Assembly (NCBI GenBank): GCA_016866955.1
Contig: VGKT01000001.1
Coordinates: 2,556 to 66,555 of the forward strand
Origin: Candidatus Pacearchaeota archaeon
Lineage (GTDB): Archaea > Nanobdellota > Nanobdellia > Pacearchaeales > GW2011-AR1
Length of the DNA: 64,000 nucleotides
Reading direction: 5' to 3'
Shown here piece by piece: positions 1-8,684 of the stretch (positions within the stretch are counted from its first letter, which is position 1; each line of letters starts with the position of its first letter). The position numbers and the translations under genes were made by a program. The notes beneath the pieces were generated by a model, which was not told the origin of the DNA, searched no databases, and was given only the letters and a program-made list of their open reading frames with translations.

Positions 1-1126
1 CCCACCTATAAAAAGAAGGAAACATACCATTAAATGTTTGGATTCCAATCTTATTCAAACATGATTTATCAAGAGCTTCAATTCTATGCATTATCCAAAC
101 TGGCTCAAATCCTTTTTGTTCATAAGAATATACTACATTTTGATTATCATAAAATAACGTTTTTGATTTTATAGGAAATATTAATTTGCCGTAATTTATT
201 CCATTTTTTTTAGCAAATTCTGACTCAATTAATTCTTTCTTATATATGTAGATATTTGAATAATTAACCCTCATAAATTGATCATAAACATTTTCATTTT
301 CTAAATAAAACTTGGTTGTATATGCAGGGTCAACAAAAGATTTAGACACATTCTGAATATAAGCTCCTCCTTTCCCAAAAGTTGCATCAACCTGTATCCA
401 TTGCCCGTCTATGAATACTTCATTAAATTCATGGAATGCTAAAGTATGGTCAACCGACCTTGCAGGGATTCCTGCTGTTCTTAGCATGGCTGTTAATAAA
501 ATTGAAGCATCTAAACAAATCCCAGTGTTTGAATTGAAAATATCGATAACGGTTTTAAACTCGTTTGCCGGAGTTGGATTTCCATAAGTTTTTGATTGTT
601 TAACCCAGTTCGCTATTGCAACTAATTTATCATAATCGTTATTTTTACCTTGGATTAAATCATCAGCCTTGTTTATAAGAGGTTTATAATTTCTCCAATC
701 TGAATATGATTCAAAGGCTATTATATCCCCTAGATAGTTATTGGGATTATTTGAAGCAGTCATATCATATATCTTGGGATTATGATCACAAAGAGGAAAT
801 TGACAATAGTCTTCTCCTAGAACAAAATTATTTGCACTACTCCAACTACTGTCTTTAACAGCATAATAAAAATTTTTAGAAGGATTAATTGCAAAACTCA
901 TATCATAACTGAATGAATTAGAATAAGTTTTTGCCCACAAATAACCGCCATCTTGTCCAATATTTGTATCTCCTCTAATGTTAATCCAAAATGGCGGAGT
1001 TCCTTGATAAGATAAAGTTACCTTATCACCATCAACTGAATGCTGAACATTTGATATAGCAGAAACAGATTGAATTAATAATAAAAATGCTACAACTAAA
1101 ATAATTACCTCTTTTATTCTACTCAT
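1..1126 (-). CDS. secreted transglutaminase-like (Cys-His-Asp core) protein; C-terminus lies beyond the window edge
   Basis: Missing from the ORF track because it is open at the edge. Manual reverse translation from ATG at 1126..1124 gives a signal-like N-terminus (MSRIKEVIILVVAFLLLIQSVSA). It also gives NTGICLDASILLTAMLRTAGIPARSV...FHEFNEVFIDGQWIQVDAT, the transglutaminase-core pattern. No stop down to base 2. Confidence 0.7.
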   Translation of the reverse strand, partial: MSRIKEVIILVVAFLLLIQSVSAISNVQHSVDGDKVTLSYQGTPPFWINIRGDTNIGQDGGYLWAKTYSNSFSYDMSFAINPSKNFYYAVKDSSWSSANNFVLGEDYCQFPLCDHNPKIYDMTASNNPNNYLGDIIAFESYSDWRNYKPLINKADDLIQGKNNDYDKLVAIANWVKQSKTYGNPTPANEFKTVIDIFNSNTGICLDASILLTAMLRTAGIPARSVDHTLAFHEFNEVFIDGQWIQVDATFGKGGAYIQNVSKSFVDPAYTTKFYLENENVYDQFMRVNYSNIYIYKKELIESEFAKKNGINYGKLIFPIKSKTLFYDNQNVVYSYEQKGFEPVWIMHRIEALDKSCLNKIGIQTFNGMFPSFYRW

Positions 1127-1266
1127 ATTTTACTTTAAATAACCCTTTTATTTAAATGCATCGATAGGCCACCTCTTTCTATTTTTAAGAAATTGCCCTT
1201 TCAAATTAAAGAGAGAATTCCCGTTTTCTAGTCGAGAAAATTAAATTTAATTGAGTATAACACAAT

Positions 1267-1292
1267 GGTATCATAAGTTTATTTATGATACC
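1267..1292. promoter_or_regulatory. perfect inverted repeat GGTATCATAA-N6-TTATGATACC (possible operator)
   Basis: Read directly. Lies in the divergent intergenic region between the 1..1126 (-) and 1417..2199 (+) genes. Confidence 0.3.
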
Positions 1293-1416
1293 CTGCCATA
1301 AAATAGATTTTACAGGATTATTTAAATCAAAATCATACTTTTTAATTACGAATAGAGAAAGTCTTGTAGGTAGGGATAATGGTGATGTTTATTAAGATGA
1401 AGGGGAAAGAAAGTGT

Positions 1417-2199
1417 ATGAAAAGCGAGGTGTTATTTGGGCCTGCGGGACTTGGACCCACCAAATCAGCAATTGCAACGCTTGAAGCATTTCATGCCCAA
1501 GGGTTGCGTGCCTGTGAATTGGCCTTTACACATGGAGCGTATATTAAATCTGAACAGGATGCTCGCGCAATTGGGAAACGTGCAACTGAATTGGGAATTG
1601 AATTGAGTATTCATGCCCCTTATTTTGTAAACTTGAATAGCGAAGATGCAGAAAAACGAGCGAAGACAAGAGAGCGCATTATGGAATGTTGTAAAGTGGG
1701 AGAATGGTTGGGGGCAAAGGTGGTGGTGTTTCACCCTGGCTATTATCGAGAAGGAGTTGATCGTATACAGGCGTATACCGTGGTAAAAGAGGGCATTTTG
1801 GAACTAATGAAAGAGATACAGAGGAATAAATGGAAGATTCAGCTTGCACCTGAAACAATGGGAAAGGTCAATGTATTTGGGAGCATTGATGAGATTAGTC
1901 GACTTGCTCAAGAAACAGGATGTGCGGTGTGTATTGACTTTGCGCATATCTTGGCGAGAGATAAGAAAGTAGATTATGCTCTTATTCTCAAAGCATTCCC
2001 CCAGGAAGAATGGCATGTGCATTTCTCAGGAATTGTGTATGGCGAGAAGGGTGAGAAACACCATATTAAAACAGGCACGAAAGAATGGAAAGAGTTACTT
2101 GCTCATCTTCCTGCAGGAAAAAAGATACGTATTATTAATGAAAGTCCGGATATGGTTGCGGATGCCGTTACGGGGATAAAGCTCTGGAAGAAAATCTAG
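1417..2199 (+). CDS. endonuclease IV-like / AP endonuclease family 2 TIM-barrel protein
   Basis: SIHAPYFVNLNS, VVVFHPGYY, APETMG, CIDFAHI and HVHFSG...GEKHH follow the order of the Nfo metal-ligand motifs. Confidence 0.7.
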   Translation: MKSEVLFGPAGLGPTKSAIATLEAFHAQGLRACELAFTHGAYIKSEQDARAIGKRATELGIELSIHAPYFVNLNSEDAEKRAKTRERIMECCKVGEWLGAKVVVFHPGYYREGVDRIQAYTVVKEGILELMKEIQRNKWKIQLAPETMGKVNVFGSIDEISRLAQETGCAVCIDFAHILARDKKVDYALILKAFPQEEWHVHFSGIVYGEKGEKHHIKTGTKEWKELLAHLPAGKKIRIINESPDMVADAVTGIKLWKKI

Positions 2200-2525
2200 T
2201 CCTGTAAAGGATACCTTATGACTGGATTATATTTTCCTAGCTGAGTAAGCACTCCTTGGTGTTCTGGAAGTTGATAGCCGAGAGCTTCTAGATATTGATT
2301 GAAACGTTCATATGCTCGTAACCTCATTTGTGCATAATCAATAAGATGTCCTTTACGTCTTGATTCATGTAATGACAACCAAAAACAAGGATTTTCAAGA
2401 TGATCTACAATATAATTATCGATAGAATTTAATTGGAGTACTGTTCCTTTGCTTCCTGCCCATTTTCCTACTAATAAGCGTGGTGCTGTATTTTTTCCAT
2501 CTGTTCTTCTTTTTCTTATAGGCAT
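2196..2525 (-). CDS. hypothetical protein, candidate partner of the upstream VapB-like gene
   Basis: 109-aa ORF, 80 nt downstream of and co-oriented with 2606..2848. No family recognised; no PIN acidic pattern. Confidence 0.45.
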   Translation of the reverse strand: MPIRKRRTDGKNTAPRLLVGKWAGSKGTVLQLNSIDNYIVDHLENPCFWLSLHESRRKGHLIDYAQMRLRAYERFNQYLEALGYQLPEHQGVLTQLGKYNPVIRYPLQD

Positions 2526-2605
2526 GAGTAGTTCTGTGAGTGCAGAAATATTTTCTCTCGTGCGTAATAATGCTGGTGAGCGCCCCTGATTTATTTTAAG
2601 GCCCC

Positions 2606-2848
2606 TTACAAACTACCTTGAAAGTTTATTTTTCTCTGTTTGTCAAGCACGATGAGTTTAGAACGTGCTTGATCTGGATTGGTTCGAAGAAGATTAAGGA
2701 GATTAAGGAGTCGTTGAAGAATATCATCATAACTTTCTTTGGGATAGAGCTGTAAATGATCTACTCGTTCTTTGGTTTCAACGAAAATCTTAATAGTGGT
2801 GTTTTTCCCGGTTTTCTTAGATGATTCCTTTGGTAGCGATCGTTCCAT
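2606..2848 (-). CDS. putative antitoxin-like small protein (archaeal VapB-type motif)
   Basis: TIKIFVETKERVDHLQLYPKESYDDILQRLL resembles the archaeal putative-antitoxin pattern TISVsdEvyerLkklKg..eSFSDvIerLL. Confidence 0.45.
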   Translation of the reverse strand: MERSLPKESSKKTGKNTTIKIFVETKERVDHLQLYPKESYDDILQRLLNLLNLLRTNPDQARSKLIVLDKQRKINFQGSL

Positions 2849-2951
2849 GGTGCTATAACACGGTATACCTATATATACTTTTCGTCATTCTTTAGTTACA
2901 CCATAACCATAAAGTTTATATATCAACCAAGGAGGGTACTTTTAATTAAAT

Positions 2952-4172
2952 ATGGAGCTACACCTATCTATGAACAAGTACTTGATTGCCCTCGTTGCTA
3001 TGGTCGCAGGACTCTTTGTCTTGAGTACCGTTAGCGCGTTAAGCGGAAGCATTTCAAGCGTTGAAGTTGCAGGTATTGAAGCTCTTACTGGCAACCCCTC
3101 TGTTGGAGTGTTTGCTGGTCAGACCTTACCAGTACGTGTAATCTTTACTGCTACTGAAAATGCATCTGATGTGCGCATCAAGGCTTGGATCTCTGGTGAC
3201 TCGGACTATGCCGTCTCGAGCGATCGATTTGATGTTATCGCAAATAGCGTATACAGCAAGTTGCTCACTCTTGAGGTTCCTTCCGATCTTGACAAGCGGG
3301 ATGAAAACCTTGAATTACGTATCTCAGTAGAGAGCCGTAATAATGGTATTCTCCCTGTTCAGATTATTAAGTTGGCAATTCAACGTGAATCTTACAAGGT
3401 TGACGTTTTGGATGTCGCTTATGATCCGAAAGTAGTTGCAGGCTCTGCCCTTTCTCTTGACATTGTCTTGAAGAATACGGGTAGACAATTTGCTGATGAC
3501 ACTTTTGTCAAAGCAAGTATCCCTGCACTTGGCGTTGAGCGCCGAGTATACTTCGGTGATCTTGCACCAGTAGACCAAGCTAATCCTGATAAGGAAGACG
3601 CTGCTGAACGAAGAATGTTCTTGAACATTCCCGCTCGTACTCCTGCTGGTATCTACTCGATCCAGATTGAAGTATACAACGCAGACTCCTCATCTAACTA
3701 TGCCGGTAAAGTGGCAGTAGTTGGTGGTTCCGAAGATACTACTGTAGTAAGCACTACGTCCAGCACAACTGTTGCTGCAAACGAACCTGCTTCTTACAGC
3801 ATGACTCTCGTGAACTCAGGAAACAAGGTACAGGTCTATGAATTGGTCTTTGAAGGCCCTGCTGGATTGCAGGTTTCTTCTGTTGATCAAATCGTTGCCC
3901 TTCCTTCTGGTTCTACAAAGACAGTAAACGTTATGGCATCTGCTGAAAAAGCAGGTAAATACACGTTTGTTGTTAATGTACGCGCAGACGGTAACCTTGT
4001 CGCACAGAAGACATTCACTACGATGGTAGAAGGCTCTGCAAAGACTGCAAACGGTACAGTTGTTTTGACTGTTATCCTTGCTATTATCTTTGTAGTTCTT
4101 CTCGTTGTATTGATTGTTCTCTTAACTCGTAAGCCACAAAAGGCAGACGAATTCGGCGAAAGTTATTACTAA
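2952..4172 (+). CDS. cell-surface / S-layer-like protein (CARDB/COG1361-like repeats, C-terminal membrane anchor)
   Basis: N-terminal hydrophobic signal (LIALVAMVAGLFVLSTVSA). Beta-rich segments with LKNTGRQ and LVNSGNK motifs. C-terminal TM (VVLTVILAIIFVVLLVVLIVLL) plus a basic tail. Confidence 0.6.
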   Translation: MELHLSMNKYLIALVAMVAGLFVLSTVSALSGSISSVEVAGIEALTGNPSVGVFAGQTLPVRVIFTATENASDVRIKAWISGDSDYAVSSDRFDVIANSVYSKLLTLEVPSDLDKRDENLELRISVESRNNGILPVQIIKLAIQRESYKVDVLDVAYDPKVVAGSALSLDIVLKNTGRQFADDTFVKASIPALGVERRVYFGDLAPVDQANPDKEDAAERRMFLNIPARTPAGIYSIQIEVYNADSSSNYAGKVAVVGGSEDTTVVSTTSSTTVAANEPASYSMTLVNSGNKVQVYELVFEGPAGLQVSSVDQIVALPSGSTKTVNVMASAEKAGKYTFVVNVRADGNLVAQKTFTTMVEGSAKTANGTVVLTVILAIIFVVLLVVLIVLLTRKPQKADEFGESYY

Positions 4173-4205
4173 CTAAGCAGATTAACACCCGCATACGACG
4201 CACCC

Positions 4206-4218
4206 TTTTCTTTTTTTT
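4206..4218 (+). terminator. oligo-T terminator after the S-layer-like gene
   Basis: TTTTCTTTTTTTT lies 34 nt after the stop. A second T-run follows at 4233..4242. Confidence 0.5.
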
Positions 4219-4298
4219 AGGCGTTGTGTGCATTTTTCTTTTGAGGGCTCCCTTGCCCTTCCCTTCTTTACCCTCTCTCCCGTGCATGCGCGGTATCC

Positions 4299-4305
4299 TT
4301 AAATA
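4299..4305 (+). promoter_or_regulatory. TATA box for smc (leaderless start)
   Basis: TTAAATA lies 27-33 nt upstream of ATG 4332. Confidence 0.45.
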
Positions 4306-4331
4306 GCAGTTTTTCCCTTGCTGTATTGAAG

Positions 4332-7298
4332 ATGGTGCATATTACACGAATGGTGATGCAAGGCTTCAAGAGCTTTGCGAAACGGACTGAAATCCAATTT
4401 GATAAAGGAATTAACGTAGTCTTAGGGCCGAATGGCTCAGGAAAAAGTAATGTTTCTGATGCATTATGCTTCGCTCTGGGGCGTTTGAGCATTAAAAGTA
4501 TGCGTGCGGCTAAGGCAAAGAACCTCCTCTTTATGGGGAGTAAATACGTTAAACCTGCTCGTGAGGCAAGCGTAGAGCTGGTATTTGATAATCGAGACCG
4601 GTTATTTGGACTTGAGAGTGATGAAGTAAGTTTAACTAGAATTGTACGGGCAAATGGGCAGGGTATTTACAAAATTAATGGGGAAACGAAGACTCGTTTA
4701 GAAGTTATTGAAATCCTTGCACAGGCAGGCATTGACCCGTATGGATTCAATATGGTTTTGCAGGGACAAATACAAGCAATTGTAAAAATGCACCCTGAAG
4801 AACGAAGAAAAATTATTGAGGAAGTTGCAGGTATTGCGATTTATGAGTCACGTAAAGAGAAAAGTTTGAAGGAATTAGAAAAAACAGATGAACGATTAAA
4901 AGAAATAACGGCTATTTTGCGAGAACGTACGGCTTATTTGAAAAATCTTGAACATGAACGACAACAAGCTCTGAAATTTAAGGATTTAGAATTGACAGTC
5001 AGAAGATGTAAAGCTTCGTTATTGACTAAGCGTAAGATAGAGAAAGAAAAGGAAGGAGTACATATTGATCGTTCGATTGGAGATAAAACTACTCAAAAAG
5101 ATGCTGCTAAGGTAGAAGGAGTAGAACTCCAAGCAGTAATTGATGCATTAGGGGAACAGAGTAATCAGATCTCTCGCCAAGTTCAACAAGCAACGGGCCT
5201 TGAACAAGAACAACTTCATACACATATTGCAAATCTTCGTGCAGAATTAGAAGGAATGAAAGTACGAAAGGAAGGATATGAACAACGTCGTTTGACATTT
5301 GAACGAAGAATCCAGGAATTACAGCGTGCCTCTCCAGCACTTGAAGCTGAAATTGCTCAACTTGCTTCTGATGCTCCGGGCGCGGCTCAAAAAGCTGAAG
5401 AATTAACCAAGAAAAAACAAGAACTGGGAGTACTTGAAGAAGCACGTAAAAAAGTGCAGGCGACCAAATCAGAATTACAGCATATACGAGAACGATGGCT
5501 TGAGCGTGAAAAAACACTTTCACGTACGATTGCATTTAACGAAGCATTGGTTCGTCAATTAGAAGAAGGCGCAGCGCACTTAGTCTTTCAAACTGCTGAA
5601 GCATGTAGCTCATTTATTCATCAAGGAAAAGCGAAGCTTTCACATTTGCGTATTGAACTTGAAAGCATTGCAAAGGAAACGCTCCGCCACGAAAAACTTA
5701 TTTCTGTTGCTGAAATTGAAATGGAACGGTCATTGAAACTAACTGATCAAGTTGCTAACCTTGATGTCTGCCCTCTCTGTAGAACCACGATTACTTCAGA
5801 TCATAAACAACATGTGCGTGATGAAGCGAATACGCTTGCTAACCAAGCTGAAAAACAACGCATTGCAAGCACTGAACTATTACAACGATTGCTCACTCAA
5901 CGAAGCACCTTAGCTCAAGAACTTACTCAGTTAGAACAGAAACTACATAACGCTGAAGTTGAACAAATCCGTCATCACACGTTACAAGAAAAACATCAGC
6001 AACTTAAGAAAAACTTAGAGGAAGAGAAACTTATTCGCCACGAATTACAGACACTTGAACATCGACGAATACAACTTGAAGAAAAAGGGACCGATAGTTC
6101 TGCCCTTGAAGAAAAATACAGCGCAAAAATGCTTGAAATTGAAGAATTATCAGCACGAACTTCACAAGATATGGATAAAACACTCTTCTTCAAGAAACGA
6201 GAACTTGAACAGATGCACGTAGTTATCAAACAAGCTCTGAAAGACCGAGAGGAAGCAGAAAAAGAAATTGGCACTTTTAGCACCGTTATTGAATCAAAGC
6301 AGAAACAATTACATGAAAAGGAAACACAGGAAAAAGAGTTACAAGCTCGCTTCAAACAATTATTTGCTGAACGCGAAGAAAAACAACGTGTGATTCAAGT
6401 TAAAACTGCTGAATTAAGCGAAGCTCAGAGTGGTATACGTGCTATCGAAGAGCAAATTAATTATCTTAAAATTGGTAAAGCAAAGGTAGATGCAGAACGT
6501 GAAGCGGTAGAAATGGAATTAATTGACTTTACCGGATTAGAAATCATACAAGGAAGTGTTGCATATCTAGAAGAACGATTAGGAAAAGCACAAGAATCTT
6601 TGAACCATATCGGAAGCGTTAATCAACGAGCACTTGAAGTATATGATGAAGTGAAACATTCATACGATGAAGTATATGCAAAAGTACAAGTAGTTGAAAA
6701 AGAAAAATTGGATATCTTAAGCATTGTTGCTGAAATTGATAAGAAAAAACGTACTTCGTTTATGCGTACCTTCCGTGCGATGAACGAATTGTTCACACAG
6801 AACTTCGCACAGTTGTATACTAAAGGGACTGCTTACCTTGAATTGGAAAATCAAGAAGATATTTTTGCAGGGGGAGTGCAAATTATTGTTCGACTTGCAA
6901 AGGGTAAATATTTCGATGCCACTTCTCTTTCTGGTGGAGAGCAGACTTTGGTTGCCTTATCACTCTTATTTGCAATTCAAGAATATAAACCGTACCATTT
7001 CTATGTGTTTGATGAAATTGATGCTGCCTTGGACAAACGTAATTCTGAGCGCCTTGCTGCCTTGTTAGTAAAATACATGAAACAAGGTCAGTATATTGTT
7101 ATTACGCATAATGATGCCATTATTATGCAAGCCCAAGTGTTGTATGGGGTAAGTATGCATGATAATGTTTCGAAAGTATTGAGTTTGAATATTCAAGAAG
7201 CAACTGCAGAAGCGAAGAGGATTGAAGAACAGGTAGAGCAGCAGCAAATGACTGGCAAGTCTGTTCCAGAAAGTACAGCCCCCATTGTTGAGGTTTAG
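4332..7298 (+). CDS. smc: SMC-family chromosome ATPase, hinge-less, with a central CPxC zinc-hook-like motif
   Basis: N-head: GFKSF, GPNGSGKSN, LGRLSIKSMRA, VLQGQIQAIVKMHPEERRKIIEEVAGIAIYESRKEK. C-head: LSGGEQTLVALSLLFAIQEYKPYHFYVFDEIDAALD. Long charged heptad-like arms. CPLC at nt 5769..5780, the midpoint. The ORF track starts at TTG 4326; ATG 4332 is preferred. Confidence 0.9.
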   Translation: MVHITRMVMQGFKSFAKRTEIQFDKGINVVLGPNGSGKSNVSDALCFALGRLSIKSMRAAKAKNLLFMGSKYVKPAREASVELVFDNRDRLFGLESDEVSLTRIVRANGQGIYKINGETKTRLEVIEILAQAGIDPYGFNMVLQGQIQAIVKMHPEERRKIIEEVAGIAIYESRKEKSLKELEKTDERLKEITAILRERTAYLKNLEHERQQALKFKDLELTVRRCKASLLTKRKIEKEKEGVHIDRSIGDKTTQKDAAKVEGVELQAVIDALGEQSNQISRQVQQATGLEQEQLHTHIANLRAELEGMKVRKEGYEQRRLTFERRIQELQRASPALEAEIAQLASDAPGAAQKAEELTKKKQELGVLEEARKKVQATKSELQHIRERWLEREKTLSRTIAFNEALVRQLEEGAAHLVFQTAEACSSFIHQGKAKLSHLRIELESIAKETLRHEKLISVAEIEMERSLKLTDQVANLDVCPLCRTTITSDHKQHVRDEANTLANQAEKQRIASTELLQRLLTQRSTLAQELTQLEQKLHNAEVEQIRHHTLQEKHQQLKKNLEEEKLIRHELQTLEHRRIQLEEKGTDSSALEEKYSAKMLEIEELSARTSQDMDKTLFFKKRELEQMHVVIKQALKDREEAEKEIGTFSTVIESKQKQLHEKETQEKELQARFKQLFAEREEKQRVIQVKTAELSEAQSGIRAIEEQINYLKIGKAKVDAEREAVEMELIDFTGLEIIQGSVAYLEERLGKAQESLNHIGSVNQRALEVYDEVKHSYDEVYAKVQVVEKEKLDILSIVAEIDKKKRTSFMRTFRAMNELFTQNFAQLYTKGTAYLELENQEDIFAGGVQIIVRLAKGKYFDATSLSGGEQTLVALSLLFAIQEYKPYHFYVFDEIDAALDKRNSERLAALLVKYMKQGQYIVITHNDAIIMQAQVLYGVSMHDNVSKVLSLNIQEATAEAKRIEEQVEQQQMTGKSVPESTAPIVEV

Positions 7299-7411
7299 TT
7301 AGATACTTCTCAAGAAAAACTTCCTAATAAACCTTTGAATTAGCAGTAATAATCTCTATGTCTATATCTTTAAATTTCCTTGTACCTTTTTATCTTTTTG
7401 CTTGCAATGCT

Positions 7412-7621
7412 TTATAAAAAAGTTTTATTTTCTTTGCACCGTATTTTATTTACTATCAAATTTTTTAGCCCTATCTTTATATCTTTAATTTCTTTGAAGA
7501 ATGCTTCAAGAGTTGCCCATAAATCAACTAGCCATTCTATTAAACCTCTAGTTGCTAATCGATTTATAACAAGTGCCCGTTGCTTATTCTTGGGTACTAT
7601 ATTCATCTTTCTTTTCTGCAA
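7412..7621 (-). CDS. hypothetical small protein (weak call)
   Basis: 69-aa ORF, 20 nt downstream of and co-oriented with rnhB. Helical-looking sequence; AT-rich region; no family recognised. Confidence 0.3.
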   Translation of the reverse strand: MQKRKMNIVPKNKQRALVINRLATRGLIEWLVDLWATLEAFFKEIKDIKIGLKNLIVNKIRCKENKTFL

Positions 7622-7640
7622 AGAGTTTTATTTAAACGAT

Positions 7641-8309
7641 TTAGAATAATTTTTTTTGATCGTTGGAAGCGGGAAAGAGGGCTTTCCAGGTTGCCCAGGA
7701 TTTCCTGAATATGCCTGAAGAAGCATATTTTGCTCCGTTTTTTAAAAGGAACGCTTTTGTAATTGGGTCTGCCGGGTACCCTGAACCTGTGGCGCCATAC
7801 TCTTTCTGAATGGTGTGCATTGCTTCTTCTCTGGCACATTTAGCAAGAATAGATGCTGCAGAAACACTTGGATGATTAGCATCTGCTTTATGTTCACAGT
7901 GTATTTCGAGTGATTGGTCCTTGACGAATTGCATAAGGGTGCCTTTCCAGGCAATGGTATTAATTGAGGGACAGTCTATGATAATAGTTACGGGTTCTTT
8001 AATGTCGAGCATGAGTTCGTTAATAATCGCCGCTGCTTTCAGTGCTTCTAAAGTGTTAAGATTGATTCCCCCTTTTTCAACAGCGCGATCTATTTCCAGG
8101 GGTTTTGCTTCAATCACTTTGTATTTTTTGCATTCATCTTTGATAATTCCTGCTAAACGAAAACGTTCTGTATCTGAAAGCATCTTTGAATCGGCGACTC
8201 CTTCATTTTTCCAGGCTTGCTGCGTCTTTATATCGACTAATACACCTGCAAGATACATAGGTCCGATTAAAGGGCCCCTCCCTGCATCATCTATACCAAT
8301 ATATAACAT
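7641..8309 (-). CDS. rnhB: ribonuclease HII
   Basis: MLYIGIDDAGRGPLIGPM N-terminus and overall RNase HII pattern (DSK, HKAD). Confidence 0.9.
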   Translation of the reverse strand: MLYIGIDDAGRGPLIGPMYLAGVLVDIKTQQAWKNEGVADSKMLSDTERFRLAGIIKDECKKYKVIEAKPLEIDRAVEKGGINLNTLEALKAAAIINELMLDIKEPVTIIIDCPSINTIAWKGTLMQFVKDQSLEIHCEHKADANHPSVSAASILAKCAREEAMHTIQKEYGATGSGYPADPITKAFLLKNGAKYASSGIFRKSWATWKALFPASNDQKKLF

Positions 8310-8608
8310 GTTTGCTTAAAGAGTAAACAGTATAAAAACTTACACAATTGTTACTAACTGAATAGCTGTACCCAGAGCATAAATAACCTCTAACTCCAGA
8401 TACTTATGGGTTTTTTCATTTACAAGTATATTAAAGACTTAGATATTAATATAGCTTTTTGAAAAGAAAAGTCGCGACTCCTACTAACACTACTGCTTTC
8501 ATAACGATTTTACTTTAATCTGAGAGTTGCTATTTCCATGACCAACTGCGGATGAGCTTGCTATAAAAGCTTTGATCACGGAGCATCGAAGCTTTTTCTT
8601 AAAAAGCA

Positions 8609-8684
8609 TAGCGGGAGTGGGATTTGAACCGCACGACCTCGAGGTTATGGGCCTCGCGAGCACTCCAGGCTGCTCTATCCCGCT
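8609..8684 (-). tRNA. tRNA-Met (anticodon CAT), A1:U72 initiator-like acceptor end
   Basis: Hand fold: AGCGGGA/TA/GAGC..GCTC/G/CGAGG-CCCATAA-CCTCG/AGGTC/GTG(C)GG-TTCAAAT-CCCAC/TCCCGCT. The T-stem needs one bulged C. Confidence 0.75.

Noticed and set aside
5107-6355. 142-aa and 119-aa minus-strand ORFs inside smc
   Set aside because: They are antisense shadows of the repetitive coiled-coil coding region. No motifs, and implausible composition.
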